DNA of 64,000 nucleotides from Octopus vulgaris (Eukaryota): the NCBI GenBank assembly GCA_951406725.2, contig OX597814.1, positions 148,738,001-148,802,000 on the forward strand. The letters run 5' to 3'. Numbering within the stretch: the stretch's first letter is position 1; each line of letters opens with the position of its first letter. Made by a program: the position numbers and the translations under genes. Positions 26,443 through 42,512 of this stretch are shown one piece after another. A model generated the notes under the pieces. It ran no database searches and was not told the origin of the DNA. It worked only from the letters and a program-made list of their open reading frames with translations.

Positions 26443-29400
26443 CGGCCACATAAAACACCGCCCTTAATTATCTTATCGGTTGATTGGATATTCTATAGTA
26501 GATGCGAGGTTCTTGTTTCATTTTATTTTGAAGATTTACTTTTCTGTGTGTGACGAGTCTTTGAACTATGCTTCTAAAATTAAAACTTACATTTCTGCTT
26601 TTACTCCACAGATTTCGAACTATTAACATATCGATTTAATTCCTCTTCGGCAAGTATTGCAGGACATAAACAATATTATGGCTGTACATTCTATTGCTTC
26701 TTCAGTTTATCTTAGCGTTCCATTTTGAGTTCGTATTTTTTGTTTACTTCTTCTGATGATTACCCTTTCTAAAACATTATTGTTTAGAATAATTGATTTT
26801 TATTCACTAGTTTTTTGGGTTTTATTATTTTTTGTTTTGCTTATTTTTCTATTTCTTGATTAGTGTGTGTAGTGAAAAGCTTTCTATTATTTCCTTAATG
26901 TTGTTTTATTACACAAATCAGTTTCCGTTCACTGCTGCGAATTATTTTTCTAGACCACATTGTCATTACTTTCCAATAGCTCACTATTTGTATCAAACAC
27001 TTTCCTCCAAATATTGAGAGTGTTTTTATATAATTTTTTTTTCATTGTATTTTTGTTGACCGTAGGATAGTAGCTTCGAAACACAGGAAATCATTTTCTA
27101 GTTTTTGTATTTAAACTCTTAGGTTCACTTAAGTACAAGTAAATCTTGTTGTATCTAACCTATCTCTTTCTACATATAGTATTTCTATTATTCGGTTCAG
27201 ATTTTAATATCAGTCTGATTATATTCAACATTAGTCATTTGTACATATTTCCTGCGATATTGTATTTTCCTCAGATTCATCAGTTCTAAAGTATGTGTAG
27301 TTCAATCCTAGTTCATACATATTTCTAACTGAATGCAGTAATGTTTATACTATTAAGTTGTGTGTCTTTTTCTAATGTATTTGCTTCAACACACACTCAG
27401 TTGTATATTCCGGCTCAGTACTTCTTAGGTTCTCCAACTGGACAATGTCTCTTGAAATTAATTTAAATCATTAATAAATAATGACCGAAGTGGGGAAGAT
27501 AATTTATATTCTACAGCATTTTTAAACAGTTGATTTCTTTCATAAAAATGTTGACTGAATCGAAATAGAACAGAATAAATGACAAATCTTAATAAAATGT
27601 TTTTCGACCTAGGTCTCCGGTCGGTTTCCATTGTCACCCACTTTCTCTGCACTCCCATGGTTGATTTGTCTTTTCATGTTCTATTAGTGATATACTAAAT
27701 ATTAGAGAAGCATTATTAAGTGTAGACACAATTACGATGTTATCAAATGTTTTTTACTACTTAATCCGCGCAACATGTACTGTCTCTACCCATCAATACA
27801 GGCTTTCTTCAGCTACAACTAATCTTTATCACTATACATATATTTGCATCATATTTGCTACTCTAGTAAAATGCGTTTTAGCTTTATTCCCAGTAAGCAA
27901 ATATTCTGTTGCTGAGAGTAGCTGTCAGAGGTTTCTATGTAGCTGGTAAACAAGTTAATGATCTATAATTTCAGATGCACTGGTTTGGATCAAATTTATA
28001 TCGTTTTGCTCTTTAGTAATCAGAGAGGTTTTAATATTGTTCTCTTTAGTAATGCATTCATTGATTGTTTTGCTACAGATTCGCGAATCGTAGTTATATA
28101 TTTCAGCTAGAATCGGGGAGCTTTCCAATTCATTGCAGTTTGCGTTCTGTAACTGAATTCCATGCTAGTTAAGCCGACGTTATCCTTTTTTCTTCTTAAC
28201 CATTTCCTTTCTATTCCAGATTGTTTTTGATTGCGCTGAGCGATTTCCGTTCCATATTCTTTCACAGTGTGTTTGAATTTATATTGATGCCGTATCCCTT
28301 TTATCTCTTAAGAAATATGTTGTTATTTGTTTCAAATAACTTATTTCTTACACTGCTCTTATATTCATGTAATAAGTTCTGATTAATATTTCTTTTGTCA
28401 TGTTTTTTTTCATATTAGATCTCTTTTTTCCATTTCACCAAGCACAGTTAGGTTTTAATTTACCTTCATTGTGAATTCTTTCTATGCGTTTCTATCATAT
28501 TTTTAAACGTCTGTGCTTTTGTTAATATATTCGAGATTAGGTTTATGTTACATTTCCAAGCGTAAACCAACATCCTATAATAATGATAATGTATTCGCTA
28601 CACTATAGATAAATATCATTGTAACATTTAAAAGACTTGTTCGTTTGTCATTCAATCGCTTAAAAATTTTGCGTTCACTTCAGAGTACTTGAAGCATAAG
28701 TTTTGGATTATGTAATGGTATTAGTTTACTTAGAGAATTCTGTTGTTGAAGCATATGTTACAAAGTGTTCGCAGTCTGGTGGAATTAAACAGACATGTTA
28801 GTCTTCAACTTTAAATTCAGCTTCAGTTGATATTGTTTGAATATTTAAGCCGCCTTTAGAATGTATCCACAGATCACCTTCATCATTGAGAGAATCGTCA
28901 ACTTTCTTGAAGAACTGGCAGATTTATTTTCATAATTTTGTGGCTGTAAGTAAAGCAGAATAGTGGAGAGTATTCAAAGGACTTGAAACATACAGATCTA
29001 CTTCAGATCAAGCCACTATCAATCGTTAAAGTAATACTTATAGAGGGCCATATGTCTGGGTATCATCTCTTCAGTACGTTTGCAGCAAATTCCGGGAAGA
29101 GCGATTAAACTGCCTCAAGAAGAGTAATGACCGGGGAACACGAGTGAAATGAAAGGGAATATGTCAGTTTCTTACTCATTGACGTTCAAAATTCCTGGTG
29201 TTCTCTGATCGCTTCCGTGTGGTTATATTCCCATATTGCCATTATATCTATGATATCGTTTACCATAATGGTCTTCTTATATCAAATTCTGTAAAGCATG
29301 ATAAATTCAAACCCAGATACAGATGCAAAAAGAGCCATGATGATGTAATACATATGTGTGTTTGCTTGTTTGTTTGTTTGTTTGTTTGGGGAGGGTATGT

Positions 29401-29639
29401 GTGTAATTCAAAATCTAATGAAAAGTTTATGTTTAAAAATAGACATCGTGGTGCAGGTCTATAGAGCAATTAAAAGATTATCATTTTGTGTTAAAACAGA
29501 GAAAACATATTTTGAAAAAATATCTTAAGATAGGAAAATACACAAAATATATGTAAGAAATATATTCTTTCTGGACTTAGTGATGAGGAAAAAAATACGC
29601 ATAGTAGGAGGTGAATAAATAACGCCAAGATTTACAGAA

Positions 29640-31238
<1,599 letters not shown>

Positions 31239-31954
31239 CATTGCTACTAATATTGGTATATATAAATTCTCAATGTTCCAATTCGTCCATATTTTTATGA
31301 TACAACATGACTTTAATATTCTATAAATATTTGTACATATTCCTATTATGTTATGCTTCCTTTTTCTAATATATATGTATATTGCAAAAAGAGCATTGTT
31401 GCCTTTGCAAGTATTACTTTCCCCGAAAACTTGCAGGTAATGTGAAGAAGATGATGGGAGTGATTTGAGCCAACGGTTTGAAGCATAGTGTATGCTATAA
31501 ATATCTAAATATTAGGATTAGTAATACGGTTAACAAAACTGTATTAGAAACATTGTATAATTGCATAGTTAAAAAAACTCGGTTGAAAGTAATAAAAGTG
31601 AGGTAGTGACAGGACAGCAACCGAAACTATTTGTACGTTTCTCAAAATAACATAGGTAGAAATGATGACCATTATGTACAAAGGTTCAGAAAATAGAAAC
31701 TCATCAGAGAAAATAGACAGGTAATGGAAATACACGTACATGGAGATTTAAGCAGGCTAAACCTTGACTTATTACAATAGAAACAGTCACAAACATGTAC
31801 GTCGCTTTTCATTGGTTCACATTACCCAAAATTTACAAAATTTATGTTTATTAATTTATGGAAAAAGCAAATTTCATTTCCATAATTCGCATTTAAAATT
31901 ACATCAGTACACTAAATTTGAAAACAACTGAAACAAATCTTAAAACTCAAACAC

Positions 31955-32200
31955 TGTTACAGCAACAGAAAAGGTCCTACTAAGACGTAACTGTATATCT
32001 ATATGTAATAAATGATAGAGACGGAAAATGAATATACGAGAATGTGTAATGCTCGCAACGATCGTTTCAACACATGTTGCCTTGATCCTTCGTGGGTGAG
32101 ATACTGTACAACTGCTTGCGCTGCATCTCTCGGTGTAGAGGTATCACCTCAGGAGATGTTATAACAGGTTCCTCGTTAAATATACTGTTTCGCTCGATTT
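31955..32200 (-). mobile_element. PLE-like terminal repeat with degenerate hammerhead
   Basis: Minus strand has CUGAGGU ... GAAACGAUCGUU with palindromic stem III ACGAUCGU (32051-32158). Confidence 0.4.
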
Positions 32201-32235
32201 TGATATGTGTCGGTTTTTATATATTTATATATTTA

Positions 32236-33075
32236 CGAGATGATATCACAATTTTCAGCAACTAGTTATATTCAAGAAGGAATGACATATTTATCTAAGA
32301 TTTAATATCATCCCCTTCGAAACTGTCACCTTGCAAAGAAATACAGCATGTCCCAGCGTTCCTTCCACTTTTGGAATCCAACCTGGAAGTAATTTTCCGC
32401 AAATGAATCGAGGGTCTTCTGTGATTCGCTCTGGATCTTGACAAAGGTGTTAAAACGGCAACCTTTGAGCTGGATTTTCCTCTTGGTTAAGAGCTAGAAG
32501 TATGAAGGTTGTAAATCTGGCAGGTGGAGAAACGATACCATGTTGATTCTGGAAAGAAAACAACGAGTGATGAGAGCTATGTGAAAAATTCAATTATTCG
32601 CACCCAACAAAACCGGTTGCTTTGGCCAAATGTCCTTCAAACACTTCAAAACCGCACAATAGAACTCTAAATTGATGGTCTCGTACTGTGGGACGAATTT
32701 TCGCTGTACAATCCCACATTTCCGTGGCAGGTCTTCCAGATCGTTCATCGTCTTCCGGGGAGTTTCTTTTGCTTTTGAATCGCCAGTGCCACTTAAAACA
32801 TTTTCTGTAACCCATTGCCTCGTGGTCGTAAACTTGCCAAACACCTCTCAATGTCTCTGTAGCAGAGGTGCCAAATTTAACACAAAATTTCAAGTTGGCT
32901 CTTTGTTCCTCTCCATGACAAAATCGCAGACTATAACATACACGTAATCACAAAAGCGCAAATTTCACAACTTGCGACGTAAACACAGCAATATTACTCG
33001 ACACATTATACCTGATGAATGTCACTGGTGGTTCTCACTGTGCGCGCAACCGTGCGCTGCTATCTGTTCGCGCGC
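32236..33075 (-). mobile_element. Internally deleted mariner element
   Basis: KFCVKFGTSATETL...CFKWHWRFK...EDDERSGRP (N-terminus) and FQKWKERWD...GDSFEGD (C-terminus); terminus TA|cgagatgatatcacaa. Confidence 0.88.
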
Positions 33076-33369
33076 TGACCGTTTTGCTATCGTTTCATAT
33101 ACATGTTTGCAGCTATCTTTCATATTTTTAAGTTGTTGAATTCATCCTTCTCGGAGGGATCCGGTTTCTAACAAAGGAAAATAAAAAAGAAAAACAAATT
33201 CGGATTTTAAGAAAGGAAAGTGTTACTTGTACAACTTTAAACATATTTTGCATATTTTAATCTCCAGCTTACAGGATTTACTTGTAATATTCTCCGAATT
33301 ATACGTTTTTACACTTTTGCAGAATTCACTCCGTTGGCTAATAGAGTACCGAGGGTCTTTTGTTTAACA

Positions 33370-33712
33370 CAGCTTTTGGGTTTCTCGCCAAAAGCGACAT
33401 GGTATCAGCTCTGCACCCGTCCTAATCGCTAGATTTAGCCCCCGCAGATTTCCATCTCTACCACAAGATAAAAATGCAGCTCAAAGATCGCCGTTTTAAC
33501 ACTATTATTAAAATCCAGTGCGAATCGGAGAAGGTCATTGTCTCACTTGCGGAAAATGATTTCCACACTGGGTTCCAAAAGTGTCAGGCACACTGGAACA
33601 GGTGTATCGCTGCGCAAGTTGACTATTTCGAAGGAATTCATCTTCAAAGTTAGGTAAACAAATTATTTTTTATTGAACATAACTAGTCCGGGAACGTTTT
33701 GATACTATCTCG
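33370..33712 (+). mobile_element. Mariner 3' fragment with terminal inverted repeat
   Basis: LHPS*SLDLAPADFHLYHKIKMQLKDRRF...FQKCQAHWNRCIAAQVDYFEG; ends gttttgatactatctcg|TA. Confidence 0.88.
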
Positions 33713-34399
33713 TATTTCCTTATCTCAGTTTTGTTTTTTGGTTTATTTCTAGATATCTACCGCTCCTAAATTAGAAAGGTGTAACTATGTAGATTTACTG
33801 CGAGTAACACATTCTATTTACATTTTCGTTATTCATTAGCTTACGGAACATGTGCATACGCATAATATTCTATTGACATTACGAGTATTTCTCTTTCCAG
33901 TTTCTGTTCAAGTAGTTTAATCCATCTACATTTGGTTTACATGGAACAAGTGTATATTCAGAATAGCTGCTCAATTTTTGTCTGTCTAAAGTCATGCTAT
34001 TGTTCTAATGTCTAATATAGACGCTTTGTGAACAGATTTCTCTTTATAACTCAGTGAGACTATATGTCTGGGCTGACATTGTGCCCCTCGCTCCATTCAT
34101 TCAAGTAACACAGTTTTTGTCAGTGTTATTGTTGATGTGGATGGTACCAGTATTTATTATCATTTTCTAGTCAAGTTTCTTAGTAGCGGGTCAATATCAT
34201 CTCTTTCCGTTCAACAACAGACACGGCAAATATATGGAGGGATTGCTTTTCTGCAGACAGCTCTGATTTCTATATTTTTTCGAAGACTGCTGAAGTACAC
34301 TTTTGTCATTCTAATTTTACCCGTAGGGCCAACAAATTCTCATCAATAAAAATGTACTTAAAGCATCTTTAAATGGCCATTAATATTCATATTCGTTTC

Positions 34400-35430
34400 G
34401 TGGTCCAAAATCATTTATGATCGACTATTAAATATGAACAACTATTCTGTTTAAACGCCATTTCTGTGTCTCGCGAGATTTCTGTTTATCTCTGGGAGTC
34501 GTAAATATTATTTGCATATAACCTGTGGTCATCACCAGAAATGTGTAGGTGAGACTTTACAATTAATACTACCTAATAGTCTTTTATAATCTGACGTTTT
34601 GTTTTTTTCTTTCAAAAAGATGTCACCTATTTTAGTTGTATATTCTTGTTACGATCGATTGCTTTCACTACTATCTATTGGCAAACGGTGAATGCAACAC
34701 AGTACAATAAGTTGTTGAATGTGCAAAGTTTGGAAATTTCTGTTTGTGTTAGATGTTTTTATCAATTTTATCGATCACAGATAATGTCGTGTCGGTAGAT
34801 TTCGTATCGCCTAGTGCCATAATTCTTCTTTCATGCAGTTGTTTCTTGATGTAAATGGCGAAGCGTTGCTTGAATTTTGATGTGAATTGAGCTTTGTGTT
34901 GTTTATATTCTTCATTCATTTCCGTTTTATTTCTTCAGAAGCATCTACCACTCATAAGTGTAATGGCCGCAGTCGATTTGTTTGTGGTTCGTGTCCTTTA
35001 CAGATTTCTCGGGAGATGAACATACTGGTCTGCTCATTTAATGGATGTCTTTAGTAACGGATATGAATAGGTAGGCTTGCTGTCGCTAGTGGCAGTGAAA
35101 TTTGAATACTTATGTTATTTTACATTCGTCATTTTACATTCTACCACCACCACTCTGTCACTTTAAGGACAAATATTTAGGTTTTTGTTCAATTGAAAAT
35201 CATACTGAAATTTATTTCGATAGTTGATCTACCTACTATAATTGGCCTTAGTCCCACGTCTTACCCTGATATATGTTGTAATATTTCCAAGTGTTAATTT
35301 TCTGTTGATTAAATCTTCATTACAGATACAATTTTCTCCAACAAGGTGCTTATTTATCTGAAGACGATACCAATTACTTACAAGGTTTAGAAGAAAATAT
35401 TCGTTACACAGCATACGAGTCATCCATTTA
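34400..35430 (-). mobile_element. Possible Penelope RT relic
   Basis: NWYRLQI sits where WxRYVDD is expected, followed by KPT- and thumb-like fragments; very decayed. Confidence 0.3.
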
Positions 35431-36094
35431 TCACAACAGAATTAAATACGAAGCCATATCATATGTATGCACATACAACATGCGTAAGCGCATTGTTAAT
35501 CTGCATAATTTTTCTAAAAAGACGAAATGTATTTCTAAGTACCAGACAAACATTTTCACTGCGATCCAGATATATCAATCTGTAAAGTTACAAGTTATAT
35601 TGCAAAAGTTCCATACATATATTTGCTGTTCAGCTTGTAGATTACTTTTTCAGAATACATTTTTTCTCTTTTATTTTGTGTTTTCTTCTTCCCTTTTTTT
35701 ATGTCAAAAGACACTTAAATTGCCTGAAAATATAAACACTCAATGTTCAAAATAATATTCACATTCTTCTAAGTTTTTCAGTGCGAAGACTAGAAAGGCT
35801 GGGGACAAAATATCCATAGTAGTAAATATTCCTTTCTCTTTCTTTTCTTCTTTCTTGCTTACATTCTTTCTTTCGTTTTTTTTTTCTTGAGAGAAAATAT
35901 GTCGGCCATGTTTCATTTACATTTAGTGGAGAATATTTATTTTGATAGTAAACCAATATTCACAGTGCATAATGTGTAGATGTTCTCAAAATCAGCGGTA
36001 AATTTCTTAATAATTATCCCAGAAACGTCCTTCCCACATTCTTCTACAACAAAAGCAATCAAACATAACAATGATAGTAATTGAAAATAATAAT

Positions 36095-36800
36095 GATTAC
36101 GCTTTTAAATTTTGATATAAGGCCAGCACATTCAGGTAGGGGATAAGTCGATTAAATCGACTCCAGTATTCAACTAGTACTCATTTTATCGACCCCTAAA
36201 GGATGAAAGGTAGAATGAAACTGGGTGGAATGTAAAGCCGGATGAAATACCGCTAAGCATTTTGTCCGGCGCAGTAATGATTCTGCCAGCTCACCACCTA
36301 AATAATTATTATAACGATTTTAAATTTTGGCACAAGGCCAGTAATTTCAGGATGGGAGCAAGCAAATTGATTACAACGAAATACCTATTTCTTTACTACC
36401 TACAAAGGGCTAAATACAGAGAGGACAAACAAGGACAGACAAACGGATTAAGTCGATTATATCGACTCCAGTGCGTAACTGGTACATATTTAATCGTGTC
36501 CGAAAGGATGCAAGGCAAAGTCGAACTCAGCGGAATTTGAACTCAGAACACAGCGGCAGAGGAAATGCCTGTTTCTTTACTACCCACAAGGAGCTAAACA
36601 CAGAGGGGACAAACAAGGACAGACAAAAGGATTAAGTCGATTACATCGAACCCAGTGCGCAAAGGATACTTAATTTATCGACCCCGAAAGGATGAAAGGC
36701 AAAGTCGACCTCGGTGGAATTTGAACTCAGAACGTAACGGCCGACGAAATACGGCTACGCATTTCGCCCGGCGTGCTAACGTTTCTGCCAGCTCACCGCC
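36095..36800 (-). mobile_element. Cluster of three to four SINE family B copies (tandem/nested)
   Basis: Core atcgaccccgaaaggatgaaaggcaaagtcgacctcgg, or degenerate versions, at ~36185, ~36490 and ~36675. tRNA heads ending ctgccagctcacc at ~36298 and ~36800. Confidence 0.92.
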
Positions 36801-37094
36801 TTCTGCTACATTCCACTTATCTTCCCTTTCACCCCACACCCACACCCGCTGCCTCATCCTCACTTTCACGTTTTCCTCGCATACTACGAGTAGACTTACA
36901 TGCCAACCAACCCCATCATGGCTATTCTACGCCACTACACTTCCATACGCATGTCTTCACATATAACCTAAAAAATACCGCTAGCCATTTTTCTTGGCGT
37001 ACTAACAACTGTGCCACTTCACCGCCTTTAATAATAATGATAATAATGAGAAAAACTACAAATACTGTTTCTACTTGTAGAAGTAATAGTAACA

Positions 37095-37163
37095 GTATCA
37101 TCATCATCATCTTCATCATCATATCAGCAGCAGCTTTATCAGAAGCAGCAACAGCAACAGCAG

Positions 37164-37208
<45 letters not shown>
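37095..37208. repeat. (CAT)n/(CAG)n/(CTA)n microsatellite
   Basis: Visible run. Confidence 0.92.
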
Positions 37209-38132
37209 CACATATGTGTATTGTACAAGTCATTATTGCGTATAGAAGGATTCATTATCTTCAATGAAATATGGGAAGCAATTTTAGAGCAAAGTTTAGA
37301 GAGATTACTTGTATTAGCGCATAAAGAAGTAAATATTTCTCGAAGATTTTATTGTAGACTCAAATAATTTAATTCTTCTCACTTCTGACCACATCTTGAA
37401 AATCATTGTATTATGGTTCCTTTTATCAAATATATCATCATTGTTGTCTTGCTGTTGCAATAACAACGGTAAGTTCTCATGTGATGTAAGCATCTGAAAT
37501 GTTTTATAGGAATAGAACAGTTGTGAACTGTAGTACAAGACTGGAAATGCTGATTGCATTTTGTGTAATAAAAATAAGTACATTGTACAAAGTTGTATGG
37601 AGATCTAGGCGTTATTTTACCCAACGCAGTGTCATACAAGCTCAATCTAATTTAGTTCACATCAGCTTTATATGATATATTATTCTGAATACAATTATAT
37701 TCATAGACGACTAAGGTGAAGATTTCTAATTTGTAGCTCAGCTTTATATCCGCACAAAATGTGTTTTGGTCAAATTCCGGTCTATTTCAATTCCATGTTT
37801 TTATTGATTATGACTATTTCTGCAATGTAAAATATTCCTAATGAAAAACTTTCCATTGTCTACATAGAAAATTGTATAATGAAATCATAATTTGCAGTAT
37901 TTTTTGCATTATTCATCATAATTCTATTACATATTTTTTCTAAAATATATACTTTCAATCTGACGCTTACATATAATCGCACAAACGTAAGCAAATATTG
38001 TCTTCGTTTCACCTCTCAAGTATTTCGTTTCCGAACTTTGGAATCTGGTTGCATTAAGTATATAATTAATAAATTTAGGTAAATAACTTAGTGAATTACT
38101 TTTCATTCAATATTCTTGTGTAATTACTCACA

Positions 38133-38515
<383 letters not shown>

Positions 38516-38519
38516 TCAA

Positions 38520-38560
<41 letters not shown>

Positions 38561-40886
38561 TATATATATGCACGCATTCTTACACACACGCACATACACA
38601 CATACACACACATTTTTATATGTAGCACCAGGGTTCCGTAGATCTTGTTTCCGTGTGAACAACTAATGTCGATTTCATCGGCTACAGTCCTCCCTAATAT
38701 GTGACCTTGCGCTTAAATTATAAATTCATATGAATTTTCATCTACAACAGTGTATATATAATGAATGTATATACTGTCGCAAGTATGTTTGTATTTGGAT
38801 TGTGACAGCAATAGGATTATAAACTGTGTATCAAGACATTTACGATCAAAACTGATATATGATAAATCAGAACACATAGCTGCAACCGTAGCAAAAAGTA
38901 ATTTTTCTCTTTTCATCTCTGGCTCCTGCAATCTATTCACACATACATATACGAATGTGTATGTGATGCGCTTGTTTGTATGTGCGTCAGTTTAACCAGC
39001 TTGCACCTCAGTCAGTGAGAAAATATCTTATATTCAACACTAAGGGAAATACCCATAGTAAATAATTAATATATAATAAATATATAGCATTCTCGCCGTG
39101 ACAACAAGATGATAATAAACTGCCTACCAAGGCCGTCGGTGCCTAAAAAACAGAAGGCTATATTCAAAACTAAATGAATTTGCAACTACCGACTCTTATA
39201 TATTTGTCATTTATCTCTCTTTAAATGTGTCTCCTCTCTCTCTCTCTCATATATATATATAATATATTATGTACATAAACACACAGAGTTAGATACATGC
39301 TTGCGTATATACATATGTGTTTATCTGCATGTGCGTGTATGTCTTTGCGTGTGTGCTTCAGTAAATATACGTCTACACTGAAACATTATCTCTCTGTTTT
39401 TATTGTTTAATTTGTCGTGTTTTCTAACACCAACGAAACACAATATACAAGTCTATCTAGCGAGGATGACGTGCGCTATTTGTGATGATGTAGATACCAG
39501 AACCAAACGCTTCACAGAACTATAGGCAATTCTTCTTCATATAAATTATACACCCTCACTTATAGAATATAGTATACAGCATGCTAAATAACTGCACACA
39601 GAACAATTTCAACCAACCCAGTAGACTAATAAAAGGTCAGAACATCATATATTTTGTAATGTCACTCAATCCATATCATCAATGTAATCCGTATCATCTA
39701 AGGTCGCCAAGATACAATTGTGTATCATCAGACAAAGTAACAAATTAAATGTATAATTATTGAGCGAACACTTGCTCAAAGCGAACGGCTCTAAACAACA
39801 TGTAGTAATAATTGCAAACGGCTGCGTTAGGCCTAAACCACAATGATAAAACGTCAATGGCATAAAAATGCAGTTGCCGCGGTACGACAGTTCTTACATA
39901 GCAGAACGTATATCAGTGTAACAAGAAGAAGAAGAAGATTTCCAAGTGCAAATATCAACTGTAAAAGTAGAAATCGTATCGACTGTATAAAAACACTCCT
40001 CATTTGAAGAAATATATGTTAGTTATGTAGGAAAGCACAATATGGATACTTCTGCCAGCAACCTGCAAAGAATTAACATCATCAATGTCCTTTAAATCCA
40101 TTTAAGCGCTCAGTTAGAAGCATGTAATAAGAAAATGTTTTATATATTTTATTTTACAGCTTTTAGAACTCCTGTGACGTTAGAAGAAAAGTGAGGAGAA
40201 AAAAATTTTAGATGTTCTGATAAGTAAATAATGATACGAACAATAAAGCCAGTATCGATTTAGATTTAAGTTTTCGCAGAATCTCTAGCAATACCGGGCC
40301 TATAATTTCACTTTAAAATATTTAAGAAAGGACTACTGCTTTTAGTATCACGTTTTCCAAATCTCATCGTAACCCAATCCGTATAAATGAAAGTGATTTG
40401 TAAACAATTTTTCATGAACTTGCGTGGTCAATGACAACTGATTTACCACGTCCACCAAACCGCGATATCTGAGCCCAATGTGGATTGGTTAAAATAATAT
40501 TAGTAAGCTTCGGCCTGCTGTGTCTATCAGAAAATAACGAAAATAAAATTTTAATCATTTCGCAACAGTTGTCATTTGTGAGGCGTATTGGCCGTTTGTT
40601 AATGCTGCTACATAATATAAAAACATTTACGTGATGTTTGTAATAATGTACTTGTGATATCGTAAACTTGTCAACGTACAAAAATAAAATGTGAAAATCA
40701 TTGTATTTTGGAATTTCATTGACAAGTATATGTATATGCATATCTCTCTCGCAATACATACGTAGTTACATGTGTATGTTTCTGCACGGGTGTTCGAGTG
40801 AGTGTACAATGAAAATTATGCATAATCAGATATGCTCATTATTCATATGCGTATGTGTGTGTTCCTTAAATAATCAATCTAAGTAA

Positions 40887-40888
<2 letters not shown>

Positions 40889-40975
<87 letters not shown>

Positions 40976-41000
40976 TTAGATATATATATATATATATATC
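40889..41000. repeat. (TA)n(TG)n microsatellite
   Basis: Visible run. Confidence 0.95.
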
Positions 41001-41295
41001 GCGTGTATATACACTATTGTATTCTCATGAAAAATAGGAATGCATGTTTTGATATTAAATTTTTTGACCAATACGCAGAAATAAAACAGGGGTATAAAAA
41101 TTTATTATGTACCCATTCCCCACCAAACGGAAACGTTGTGTTACAGATAATCTCCTCGTAATATGCATTTCTCTTAACTGAAACGTGGTTTTATAACTGC
41201 CATGTTACGTAGATGTTATTGAACATTGCAGGCAATGCAGTGTTGTTGAGAATAAGGAAAATGAGAGTGAGAGACGAGGGGAGTTTAGAGTAGAT

Positions 41296-41812
41296 CAGAG
41301 GTTCTCAAGCATTTTGTACCACCGCACCCCTCATGGCCACATATCTTCAGCTTTCTCACCCCTATTTTTATGTATAAATAAATATTTTATATTTTACTAA
41401 TTTATATGTACTATGAATCATTTGATATTTAATATAATATTATATATTTTGTAAGGCGATGAGCTGGCAGAAACGTCAGCACGCCGGGTGAAATGCTAGC
41501 GATATTTCGTCTGTCTTTAGGTTCTAAGTTCAAATCAGGGTCGATGAATTAAGTACCAGTTCTGTACTGGACTCGATCTAATCGACTGTGCCCCTCCCCC
41601 AAAATTTCGGGCCTTGCGCCTAGAATAGAAAAGAATATTATATAATTTGTATACAATACTTTAATAATATTATAATAAATTCATAGCGTCACCCAATCCA
41701 TTGTCTCCCTCCCAACACTTCCTTTTTCTCTACCGTCCTCTTAGGCACACACTCCTGGACCGCCTCTACACCCAGCGGGTGGGGGGCGTAGCACCCACTG
41801 TGAGAACCTACG
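41296..41812. mobile_element. hAT (Charlie-like) MITE
   Basis: TIR-like ends cagaggttctcaa and gtgagaacctacg; flanking 8-mers gagtagat and gtatagaa (degenerate TSD). Confidence 0.65.
41454..41633 (+). mobile_element. SINE family B nested in the MITE, with 18-bp TSD
   Basis: Head ggcgatgagctggcagaaacgtcagc; TSD aatattatata(t/a)tttgta at 41436-41453 and 41634-41651. Confidence 0.9.
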
Positions 41813-42223
41813 GTATAGAAGGATGCTGACTTTAGGGGAAAGGCTGGGGTTACTTTAATACGTCTACAGTAAACAGGTACTTTGGGGCACCAATGCGTAA
41901 ATATTTATACAGAATAAAAAATAATTTTTTGAAGAGTCAGAACGGTCAGGAATAGGAAAATAAAAAGGAAGAGGTTAGAAATTTAGGAGTGGGAGTTGGG
42001 TAGGATTATTAGGAAAGAAGATGAGGGGGAATCTCAATAACTTTAGACAAATTCTCCACTCCATAATATATGACCTCTTCACTGTTCCTACTTACTGACC
42101 ATATTGTGATTTGCTTTTATTTACCGTGTTCATCCGGCTTCACAACTCATTTGAAAATCTTGGATGCGTTATCTTGAGATTCTTTAACGACAATGTAAAC
42201 CTTCATATAACGAAGGTATCTTT

Positions 42224-42306
42224 AGCTTGATGAGTAACTAGCTGAACACCTCTCGTTGAGTAATTATTACATCACAGTATCTGTTAGCTAGGAAACATAT
42301 GTAGCC
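42224..42306 (+). other. Degenerate hammerhead-like motif (PLE terminal-repeat type)
   Basis: UUGAUGA - stem II CUAGCUGA...UUAGCUAG - GAAA CAUAUG UA - GCC. Palindromic stem III ACAUAUGU; C3>U change; weak stem I. Confidence 0.5.
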
Positions 42307-42464
42307 TGGATTGTATCCGCTCCACTCCTGCAATTAGGAATTTTATTGGCGACTCAAGTAGCTAACCGTAAGAAAAACATTTTCTAGCTTAACGGACTTC
42401 GATATGGGGAAAGGCTACAAACTTCGATGCAAGCAAATAATTATTGTCCCTGAAAGTTGTTTAT

Positions 42465-42512
<48 letters not shown>

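Larger units (their letters stand above)
24900..28700 (-). mobile_element. Very degenerate LINE-like remnant interrupted by a Helitron and a SINE
   Basis: Sustained T-rich plus-strand skew. Near 25370-25430 the minus strand gives IPKP..YR...GKIL-like fragments of the RT N-terminal motif. Boundaries uncertain. Confidence 0.3.

Noticed and set aside
40160-40190. 31-nt micro-exon candidate (attttacag|...|gtgagg)
   Set aside because: Too short to assess, and such signal pairs are expected by chance.
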